Shown: positions 43,127-50,874 of the stretch, in pieces | Numbering within the stretch: the first letter of the stretch is position 1 | Layout: each line of letters begins with the position of its first letter | Source: an uncultured Verrucomicrobia subdivision 3 bacterium | Lineage (GTDB): Bacteria; Verrucomicrobiota; Verrucomicrobiia; Limisphaerales; UBA11358 | Direction: 5' to 3' | Assembly (NCBI GenBank): GCA_903850425.1 | Contig: CAINLR010000183.1 | Span: 32,752-96,751, forward strand | Length of the DNA stretch: 64,000 bases | The notes under the pieces: generated by a model | Databases searched by the model: none | What the model saw: only the letters and a program-made list of their open reading frames with translations | Told to the model about the DNA's origin: nothing | Made by a program: the position numbers and the translations under genes

Positions 43127-43282
43127 AAGGCGATTGGCTGAAAATAAATCGTGAACGCGCCTGCGGCAAATGAAATCCGGCGGAAAATCTTTCGCTTGCC
43201 TGACCTTGCCCTTGGCGTAGCATCCCGCCAGTTAATATATTTTAGTGTTTCAGCCGCTCCAATATTCACCGATAATCCTCAA

Positions 43283-44392
43283 ATGTCTGAACCGATCCCC
43301 TACCTCGATTTGCGCGCGCAAATGAAACCGTTGCGTGCGGAACTGGACGCCGCCATCGCCCGAACGCTGGACAACTGTTCCTTCTGCCTGGGCCCCGACG
43401 TGGTGCAATTTGAAAAAGATTTCGCGAAGTTTTGCGGCGCGCAACATTGCGTCGCCTTCAATAGCGGCACCTCCGCCCTGCACATTGCGCTGCTGTTGCT
43501 CGGCGTCGGGCCGGGAGATGAGGTGATCACCACGCCGTTTACCTTTGTGGCGACGAGTTGGGCAATTTCCTACGTTGGCGCCAAGCCGGTGTATGTGGAT
43601 ATTGACGATGCGACCTTCAACCTCGATCCGAAGTTGATTGAAAAAGCCATCACGCCGAAAACCAAGGCAATTATGCCGGTGCATCTTTACGGCCAGCCGT
43701 TCGACGTGGGGGCGATTCTAGAAATCTGTCGCCAACATAAATTGCCGCTGGTGGAAGACGCGGCGCAGGCGCACGGCGCAAAATTCCAAGGCAAAGTTAT
43801 CGGCACGTTTGGTGAAATATCCTGCTTCAGCTTTTATCCCGGGAAAAATCTGGGGGCCGCCGGCGAAGGCGGCGCCCTGGTGACCAACAATGCCGACTTC
43901 GCAAAACGGGCGCGCGCCCTGCGTGAGCACGGTTCCACCGTGCGCTATTATCACGATGAGATCGGCTATAATTATCGCATGGAAGGCATCCAGGGCGCGG
44001 TGCTGGGCGTAAAGCTGCCCCACCTGGAAAAATGGACCCAAGCGCGGCGGCGGGTGGCGCACCGCTACCATCAATTGTTGCAAGACACGCCGTTGCAATT
44101 GCCATTGGAAGCCAGCTTTGCCGAAAGCGCTTATCATTTATTTGTGGTCCGGCATCCGCGCCGCGATGACTTGAAGGCGCACCTTGATGCCAACGGTGTC
44201 GGCTGCGCCCTGCATTATCCGCTGCCGCTGCATCTGCAAAAATGCTACGCCAGCCTCGGCTACCAGGCCGGCGACTTTCCGATTTCCGAAAAGGCCGGGC
44301 GGGAATGCTTGAGCCTGCCGATTTACCCGGAGCTAACAGATCCGCAGCTCGAGCGCGTGGCGGCGGTGGTCAAAGACTTCTTCAGCAAGTAA
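43283..44392 (+). CDS. DegT/DnrJ/EryC1/StrS-family sugar aminotransferase (WbpE-like)
   Basis: Start at MSEPIPYLDLRAQ (ATG 43283). Motifs are FNSGTSALHIALL, EDAAQAHGA and SFYPGKNLGAAGEGG, with the catalytic Lys present. Confidence 0.9.
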   Translation: MSEPIPYLDLRAQMKPLRAELDAAIARTLDNCSFCLGPDVVQFEKDFAKFCGAQHCVAFNSGTSALHIALLLLGVGPGDEVITTPFTFVATSWAISYVGAKPVYVDIDDATFNLDPKLIEKAITPKTKAIMPVHLYGQPFDVGAILEICRQHKLPLVEDAAQAHGAKFQGKVIGTFGEISCFSFYPGKNLGAAGEGGALVTNNADFAKRARALREHGSTVRYYHDEIGYNYRMEGIQGAVLGVKLPHLEKWTQARRRVAHRYHQLLQDTPLQLPLEASFAESAYHLFVVRHPRRDDLKAHLDANGVGCALHYPLPLHLQKCYASLGYQAGDFPISEKAGRECLSLPIYPELTDPQLERVAAVVKDFFSK

Positions 44393-44722
44393 GCTTTGCC
44401 CCTGGGCCAAACTTCAGGCGACCAGTTAATTAACTGGCCGCTTATTTGTTGGCGCGGGCTAGTTTGAAACCGTGTTCTTTTTCAAGACATCGCGGGACAC
44501 GGCTGTCTTGAAGGGTTGATTTGGGCGCCGATCGCTAAGCGGATCCAAAAAAGAACCGAATTATTTTCAGATCAGCCCGGCGCTCAAAACCGCCGAAAAA
44601 CCCCTGTTTTTATGCTGGTTTTCCCAACCAGCACCGTTGACTTTCAGTTGACTTAAGTGATTTTCAGAAGGTTGCCCCGCGGCAAAAACCGAGTTGGCAA
44701 CCCTTATGCGTAAGCACGGTTA

Positions 44723-45964
44723 ATGTCGTGCAACGCAAACAACTTTCGGGCGAGACCCTTCACCTTCAGTTCACTTCTGTGGCTGTGGTTAGCGGTAGTT
44801 TCGCAACTGTCTGCGGCGGCAACCCAGAGCGTGTCGCTAAAATGGAATCCGAGCGCGGATACGAACGTGGCGGGCTATCGGATTTATTACGGCACAACCA
44901 GCTTCAACTACAAAAATGTGGTGACCGTCGGGAATGTCACCAATGCGGTCATTTCAGGCCTGGCGGATGAAACAACTTTTTTCTTTGCCGCCACCACCAC
45001 GGATGCGGCAGGCAACGAAAGTGATTTCTCCAATGAGGCGACCTTCACCACGGCGGCGGCGGTAGCGCCAGTGATGGGCAACCAGCCGCCCACCTTGAAT
45101 GATCTCGCCGCACTGACGGTTTATCAAAACGCGGGGTTCCAAACTATTCCTTTATCCGGCATAACTTCTGGATCGGCCAGCGAAAAACAGTTGCTCAAGG
45201 TGACCGCTACCTCCAGCAATCCAAATCTCATCGCCAACCCCACGGTGAATTACACCAGTCCCAATACCAACGGCGCGTTGGTGTTTAAGCCTTCAACAAC
45301 TCTCACCGGAACTTCGATAATCAACGTTACTGTTAATGACTGCGGTAAAACCAACAACCTCACCATCAAACATTTTTCCATTACGGTTATCGCGCCACCC
45401 AATTTACTGATTCCACGATTTGCAACACCATTGACCAATACAACTGCGGTTGTTGGACAAATGGTCACATTCAATGCGGCGGTCACGGGCAAGGCCCCCT
45501 TTAAATTCCAATGGAAATTCAACGGCCTGAACTTGTCCGGAGCAACCGGGGCAACGCTCACGCTTAAAACGGTTAAAACCAATCAGTCGGGCGCTTATTC
45601 GGTTTTAGTTTCCAATTCGGCTGGTTCTACAAATGGCATCGTTCAATTGTCGGTCAAAGCCGCAACCGCTTCCAAAGCGAAGGCGCAGGCAGTCGTTCCG
45701 ACGATCAACCCCTTGGCCACGGCAGCTACCTTGACGTCGGTCAAACAGGCAAACGGACAATTGGCCATTGCCGTGTCCGGAATCGCGGGGTGCAAGTATG
45801 TGGTGCAAGCCTCCAGCGATTTAGAAAATGGTCGGACCTACAAACCAACACTGCTCCCTTCATCTTTTCTGAGCCGAATGCAGGCAGCTTCCAACAACGC
45901 TTTTACCGCACCTATTATTTACCATAGAAAACAGTTCAGTTTGATTTGGCATAGCCGATGCTAA
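44723..45964 (+). CDS. Secreted FN3 / Ig (I-set)-domain protein, probably frameshifted near the 3' end
   Basis: Signal peptide FTFSSLLWLWLAVVSQLSAA. The FN3 module is VSLKWNPSADTNVAGYRIYYG...FFFAATTTDAAGNESDFS. The Ig module is VVGQMVTFNAAVTGKAPFKFQWKFNG...GAYSVLVSNSAGS. From nt 45829 another frame encodes WSDLQTNTAPFIFSEPNAGSFQQRFYRTYYLP* (stop 45925-45927). Confidence 0.65.
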   Translation: MSCNANNFRARPFTFSSLLWLWLAVVSQLSAAATQSVSLKWNPSADTNVAGYRIYYGTTSFNYKNVVTVGNVTNAVISGLADETTFFFAATTTDAAGNESDFSNEATFTTAAAVAPVMGNQPPTLNDLAALTVYQNAGFQTIPLSGITSGSASEKQLLKVTATSSNPNLIANPTVNYTSPNTNGALVFKPSTTLTGTSIINVTVNDCGKTNNLTIKHFSITVIAPPNLLIPRFATPLTNTTAVVGQMVTFNAAVTGKAPFKFQWKFNGLNLSGATGATLTLKTVKTNQSGAYSVLVSNSAGSTNGIVQLSVKAATASKAKAQAVVPTINPLATAATLTSVKQANGQLAIAVSGIAGCKYVVQASSDLENGRTYKPTLLPSSFLSRMQAASNNAFTAPIIYHRKQFSLIWHSRC

Positions 45965-46341
45965 AGATATTTTATGACATACAAACATTCATTAGCGATT
46001 AACAAGTCTTGGTTTCACCATGGAGCCATTGGCTTCACATTTTCTGGCATGATCGCCAAGCTTCGCAATGCAGTAAGCATTGAGATTCCAGTTGGTTATC
46101 AAGATGAAACCGGTTTTCACACCGGTGTGAAGTCGGCGGTAAAAGAAGTGAAATGGCCGTCAACTTGGTAGCCTGGGTTCACGGTCTGTCCAGTTAACAG
46201 GCACGCAACTGTTTAAACATTGGACACTTTGCGGTTCCCGATCAAAACAGCTCTCTTTCTGGGGCAAGAGCTCCCCGGCAATATTCTCCTGCCGACTCCC
46301 TTGCTAATTTTCTTCCGGCTTCAAATCCATCGGCAACCACG

Positions 46342-46371
46342 AAATGTTAGATTCAGTAGATTCTAACATTT
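46342..46371. promoter_or_regulatory. Perfect 10-bp palindromic hairpin/operator candidate in the AT-rich leader of the polysaccharide locus
   Basis: aaatgttaga (46342-46351) is complementary to tctaacattt (46362-46371), with a 10-nt spacer. It lies about 255 nt upstream of the NusG-like gene start. Confidence 0.35.
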
Positions 46372-46625
46372 TGAAAATCAGAGTCCCGTGTGCGTGCCTT
46401 GTTTTTTATGGACAAGCTTGGCACTTTTGTCTAATTTAGGGACATGGAGTCTCGTTTCATCAAGACAACAACAATTTATTTGCGGCGAGCAGCAGTTTTT
46501 GCGGTTTTAAGTTAATCATGTTTGTGGATGAATTGGCTTATTCCAAACTCATGGCCTATCCGTTTGATTGACGATGATGCTTTGGTTTAACTTTATTTAA
46601 TTGCATCCGAAGCCTGATTCTCTAA

Positions 46626-47204
46626 ATGCAAACCACAAACCCAGCTTGGTATGGTGCCCGGACGAAGCTGAAACATGAGCACATCGCGGCTGCGAACCTG
46701 TGTAAAAATTTGGACTTGGAGGTGTTTTTTCCGAGGCTGCGTCTTGAAAAGATCACTCGGCGCGGCGTGATGCGGGTGTTGGAACCTTTGTTTCCTTGTT
46801 ATATTTTCGTGCATTGCGTCATTGAGGATCGCATCAATGAGATCCAACACTCGGCTGGCATTAGCAGCATTGTTCATTTTGGCAGCAAAATCCCTTTTAT
46901 TCCGGACTCCATCATTGAGGAGCTTCAGTCATGCTTTGAAATAGACGATATTATCACGGTGGAAAGCCGGCTTTCACCAGGCGATGTGGTCACGGTGACT
47001 GATGGAGCCTTCGCAGGAATGCCGGCTCGGGTCTTAAAAAACCTGCCCGCCAAGAAAAGGGTGCAGATCTTGCTGGAGATACTCGGGCGGCGAACCACGG
47101 TTGAGGTTGGCCAAAATGCGGTGATGCAGCAAAAGATCAGCTTGGCAGAGATGGTGCCGGTCCTAGCTTCGGCACCAATCGGTCAGAAGACATTACGGCC
47201 TTGA
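46626..47204 (+). CDS. NusG-paralog transcription antiterminator (RfaH / UpxY-like)
   Basis: The NGN domain is WYGARTKLKHEHIAAANL...FFPRLRLEK...EPLFPCYIFVH. The KOW motif is GDVVTVTDGAFAGMPARVLK. It is the first gene of a long co-directional polysaccharide gene array. Confidence 0.8.
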   Translation: MQTTNPAWYGARTKLKHEHIAAANLCKNLDLEVFFPRLRLEKITRRGVMRVLEPLFPCYIFVHCVIEDRINEIQHSAGISSIVHFGSKIPFIPDSIIEELQSCFEIDDIITVESRLSPGDVVTVTDGAFAGMPARVLKNLPAKKRVQILLEILGRRTTVEVGQNAVMQQKISLAEMVPVLASAPIGQKTLRP

Positions 47205-47303
47205 AGAACATGAATACACCGCCGCCCATCGCGGGGTTCAGCGTTCGTTTTGGAAAACGATCCAAACGAGCATTTGCGGAGCCTTGCTGAAATTCAGGCA
47301 TCC

Positions 47304-48008
47304 ATGAAAAATCACAAACACAACGTAATTCCCCGCTGGAAGCGCGCTTTGGATATGGTTGCCATTTTATTGGCGATGCCAATCTTGCTGCCGCTGTCAG
47401 TGGTCATCGCGGGGGCCATACGAACGACCTCCACCGGTCCGTTTTTGTTCCAGCAGGAGCGTGTCGGTTATCGAGGGCGGCGGTTCATGTGTCTCAAATT
47501 CCGCACGATGTATTGCGGATCCGAGACAGTCACGCATCAAGGACATTTGATGAACCTCATGGACTCGGACGCGCCCATGGTAAAGATGGATGCCACCGGC
47601 GATGCCCGGATTATTCCCGTGGGCAAGCTGCTGCGGTCGTCCGGGCTGGATGAACTGCCGCAACTAATCAACGTCCTCAAAGGCGAAATGAGCCTGGTTG
47701 GCCCGCGTCCGTGTCTGCCATACGAAGCGGAAAAATATCTGCCCTGGCAACAAGAGCGATTCGATGCCGTGCCTGGTCTGACTGGATTATGGCAGGTCAG
47801 CGGCAAGAACCGCACCACGTTTACGCGGATGATGCAGTTGGACATTGAATACGCTCGAACCAAAAACCTCGGGCTGGACTTGAGAATCATTTTAAAAACC
47901 ATTCCTGCCCTCCTCGTGCAAATGTCCGACCAGCGGCAAAAAAAGAAAGCGCGGCCCCACTTGGTAACACCGGAGACCGCCATGTCCGTGCGCATTACCA
48001 ATAGTTGA
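47304..48008 (+). CDS. Undecaprenyl-phosphate sugar-1-phosphate transferase (bacterial sugar transferase, WbaP/EpsB C-terminal type)
   Basis: RWKRALDMVAILLAMPILLPL (TM), then GPFLFQQERVGYRGRRFMCLKFRTM and DELPQLINVLKGEMSLVGPRP. ATG 47304 is preferred over the listed TTG at 47250. Confidence 0.9.
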   Translation: MKNHKHNVIPRWKRALDMVAILLAMPILLPLSVVIAGAIRTTSTGPFLFQQERVGYRGRRFMCLKFRTMYCGSETVTHQGHLMNLMDSDAPMVKMDATGDARIIPVGKLLRSSGLDELPQLINVLKGEMSLVGPRPCLPYEAEKYLPWQQERFDAVPGLTGLWQVSGKNRTTFTRMMQLDIEYARTKNLGLDLRIILKTIPALLVQMSDQRQKKKARPHLVTPETAMSVRITNS

Positions 48009-48084
48009 CTGTTTACAAGACCGGCATTCCGGTTGCTTTTGATGTTGATAAACAAACCAGAATCAAATCCTTAACCTAACTGTT

Positions 48085-49251
48085 ATGTCAAAAAAAATTC
48101 GCGTCGGGGTGGCAGGCTGCGGTTACTGGGGCCCCAACCTGATTCGCAACTTCCGCGCCTTGCCTGATTGCCACCTTAAGATGATGTGCGATCTCAACAC
48201 CGGACGCCTCCGTCACCTCAAGGCTCTTTATCCGGAAGTCGAAGGCGAAACCAATTACACGCACATGCTCAACGGCGTGAATCTCGACGCCATCGTCATC
48301 GCCACCAGCGTGGCCAACCACTTTCCGATGGCCAAAGCCGCGCTGCTCGCCGGCAAGCATACCTTCATCGAAAAACCCATGGCTAGTTCGGTTGAGCACT
48401 GCGAGGAACTGGTTGAAATCGCCAATCACAAAGGGCTTATTTTGATGACCGGCCATACGTTTCTTTACTCGCCGGTCGTCCGCAAAATTCAGGAGATCAT
48501 CAACAAAGGCGACATCGGCGAAATCCGATACATCTGTGCGCGCCGACTCAATTTGGGGCTGTTTCAGAAAGACATCAATGTCGCCTGGGACCTGGCCCCC
48601 CACGATTTGTCCATCATCATGGCTATCATGGGCGAACAACCCATCAGCGTGAACTGCCACGGCAGCGCGCACGTCACGCCCGGCATTGAAGACGTGACGG
48701 CCATGTGCCTGACCTTCGCCAAACAGCGCTCGGCCATCATTCACAGCAGTTGGCTGGATCCGCGCAAAGTCCGCGAAATGACCATCGTCGGCAGCAAGCG
48801 GATGATTGTTTACGACGATCTGGCCCCGCTCGAAAAAATTCGTGTCTTTGATACCCGCGTCGAGCGTCCGCCGCATTATGATACGTTCGGTGAATTCCAA
48901 TATGCCTATCACTATGGCGACATGTATGCGCCCTACGTGAAACAAGAAGAACCGCTGAAGACCGAGTGCCAGCATTTTCTGGATTGCATCAAACAAAACA
49001 CAAAACCCTTGAGTTGCGGCACGCGCGGGCTCGAACTGGTGAAAATTCTGGAAGCCTCGTCCGAATCTTTGCGACGCGGCGGTGCGGCGGTGGAGCTTTC
49101 TAACGGGCGCATCCAAGTTGCCCCCAAACCCAATCCTAAACGGACCCCAACCGTGAAGTCGTTGACGAATGGCTTGAACCACAAATCGCGCGTGTCCAAA
49201 ACCAACGGCAAGACTCCGATAAAATTTGTCCAGAACGGAAACGGACACTGA
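48085..49251 (+). CDS. Gfo/Idh/MocA-family NDP-sugar oxidoreductase (WbpB-like)
   Basis: IRVGVAGCGYWGPNLIRNF Rossmann motif, then EKPMASS. The roughly 50-aa C-terminal tail is Lys/Pro/Asn-rich. Confidence 0.8.
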   Translation: MSKKIRVGVAGCGYWGPNLIRNFRALPDCHLKMMCDLNTGRLRHLKALYPEVEGETNYTHMLNGVNLDAIVIATSVANHFPMAKAALLAGKHTFIEKPMASSVEHCEELVEIANHKGLILMTGHTFLYSPVVRKIQEIINKGDIGEIRYICARRLNLGLFQKDINVAWDLAPHDLSIIMAIMGEQPISVNCHGSAHVTPGIEDVTAMCLTFAKQRSAIIHSSWLDPRKVREMTIVGSKRMIVYDDLAPLEKIRVFDTRVERPPHYDTFGEFQYAYHYGDMYAPYVKQEEPLKTECQHFLDCIKQNTKPLSCGTRGLELVKILEASSESLRRGGAAVELSNGRIQVAPKPNPKRTPTVKSLTNGLNHKSRVSKTNGKTPIKFVQNGNGH

Positions 49252-49260
49252 TTCGCCCTG

Positions 49261-49758
49261 ATGAATCCACCCGAACAACCGCTCCAGCGGATTGCGCCTG
49301 ACGTCAAGCTGGGGACAAATGTCCGCATTTTCAGTTTCACAAATCTTTACGGCTGTGAAATTGGAGACGATGTAAAAATCGGCACTTTTGTTGAAATCCA
49401 GAAAGGTTCAAAAATCGGGAACCGCTGCAAAATTTCCAGTCACACTTTTATCTGCGAAGGGGTGACGCTCGAAGATGAGGTGTTTGTCGGCCACAACGTT
49501 GTTTTCACCAATGACCGCTATCCGCGTTCCACTAATGGCACGGGCCAACTCCAATCTGAAGCCGATTGGGCGTGCATCCCGACCCTCATCAAACGCGGGG
49601 CGTCCATCGGTTCCGGCGCGGTGCTGCTGTGCGGCATAACCGTGGGCGAAAATGCGATGATTGGCGCGGGCAGCGTGGTCACCAAAGACGTGCCCGCCGG
49701 CGCGACCGTAGTCGGCAATCCCGCGCGCCTCGTCAAACTGCGACCGCCGAAAAACTGA
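49261..49758 (+). CDS. Left-handed beta-helix (hexapeptide-repeat) sugar N-acetyltransferase (WbpD/WlbB-like)
   Basis: Hexapeptide repeats run throughout (VKLGTNVRIFSF, IGDDVKIGTFVEI, IGNRCKISSHTFI, IGSGAVLLCGITVGENAMIGAGSVV). Confidence 0.8.
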   Translation: MNPPEQPLQRIAPDVKLGTNVRIFSFTNLYGCEIGDDVKIGTFVEIQKGSKIGNRCKISSHTFICEGVTLEDEVFVGHNVVFTNDRYPRSTNGTGQLQSEADWACIPTLIKRGASIGSGAVLLCGITVGENAMIGAGSVVTKDVPAGATVVGNPARLVKLRPPKN

Positions 49759-49779
49759 CGGTGGCCGCGCAAATAAATT

Positions 49780-50838
49780 GTGGTCACGGAAAACTTTGCG
49801 TCGAACCGGGTGCGGCGGATTCATCCGCTGGAAATCTCAAATTGGGACGCGCTGTTCACCAGTCGCCCCGATTTTTCATTTTTCCACGGCGCGGCGTGGG
49901 TTCGGGTGTTGGCTGACACCTACGGTTTTACCCCGGTTTATCTGGCGACAGGGGCACCGCACGCCCCGGAAGCAATCTTCCCGTTGATGGAGGTGGCCAG
50001 TTGGCTGACCGGACGACGCGGGGTGGCCCTGCCCTTCACGGACGAGTGCGCGCCGCTGACCACTGATCGGACGGAGAACGAAAAGCTGTTTCAAAGCGCG
50101 CTGGAACTCGGCCGGGAGCGGGGTTGGAAATACCTCGAGTGTCGCGGCGGCCGGAAGTTGTTTGGAGCGGTTCCCGCCGCGCTTTCATTTTACGGACATC
50201 GGCTGGAGCTCATGGCGGATGAGGAAAAACTATTTGGCGGGCTGGAGAGTTCCGTGCGCCGCGCGATCCGCAAATCGCAGAAGGACGGGGTGACTGTTGA
50301 GATTTCGCAAGGGCTGGCCGCCGTGCGAATTTTTTACAAGTTGCAATGTGCCACGCGCAAACGGCACGGGCTGCCACCGCAGCCATTTGATTTTTTTGTG
50401 AACATCCACCGGCATATCATGTCCCAGAACCAGGGAATTGTGGCCGTGGCGAGTTACGCAGGAAAGGCCGTCGCCGCTGCGATTTACTTTTTTCTTGGAG
50501 GTCGGGCGATTTACAAATACGGCGCGTCGGATCGGGCCCAGCAGCATTTGCGGGCGAATAATTTGGCGATGTGGGAAGCCATCCGCTGGCTAGCGGGCCA
50601 CGGGGCGACGCAATTGCATTTCGGTAAAACCGCGCTGGCCAACGACGGGTTGCGGCGGTTCAAGCTGGCCTGGGGCACCACCGAGGAAGCCATCGAGTAT
50701 GTGAAGTATGATTTGCGGCAAAATAAATTTGTTACGGACACGGACGCGCTCAGCGGCTGGCATAACGCCGTCTTCCGGTCGCTGCCGGGCGGCTTGTCGC
50801 GGGCGGCGGGGAAGCTGCTCTACAAACATTGGGCGTGA
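49780..50838 (+). CDS. FemAB-like / GNAT-fold acyl- or aminoacyl-transferase (PEP-CTERM-locus FemAB-related type)
   Basis: GTG start. SVRRAIRKSQKDGVTVEI, KRHGLPPQPFDFF, GKAVAAAIYFFLGGRAIYKYGASD and RRFKLAWG fit the FemAB-related family found in exopolysaccharide loci. Confidence 0.65.
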   Translation: MVTENFASNRVRRIHPLEISNWDALFTSRPDFSFFHGAAWVRVLADTYGFTPVYLATGAPHAPEAIFPLMEVASWLTGRRGVALPFTDECAPLTTDRTENEKLFQSALELGRERGWKYLECRGGRKLFGAVPAALSFYGHRLELMADEEKLFGGLESSVRRAIRKSQKDGVTVEISQGLAAVRIFYKLQCATRKRHGLPPQPFDFFVNIHRHIMSQNQGIVAVASYAGKAVAAAIYFFLGGRAIYKYGASDRAQQHLRANNLAMWEAIRWLAGHGATQLHFGKTALANDGLRRFKLAWGTTEEAIEYVKYDLRQNKFVTDTDALSGWHNAVFRSLPGGLSRAAGKLLYKHWA

Positions 50839-50874
50839 TTTTTCGCCGACAAACCAGTTTAATATAGACTATAA

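Noticed and set aside
44637-44653. Tandem TTGACT hexamers (44637-44642, 44648-44653) upstream of the FN3/Ig gene, considered as -35 promoter boxes.
   Set aside because: I found no convincing TATAAT-like -10 box at 16-18 nt spacing from either hexamer. The sigma-factor consensus for this (probably PVC) lineage is uncertain, so this is too weak to call as a feature.
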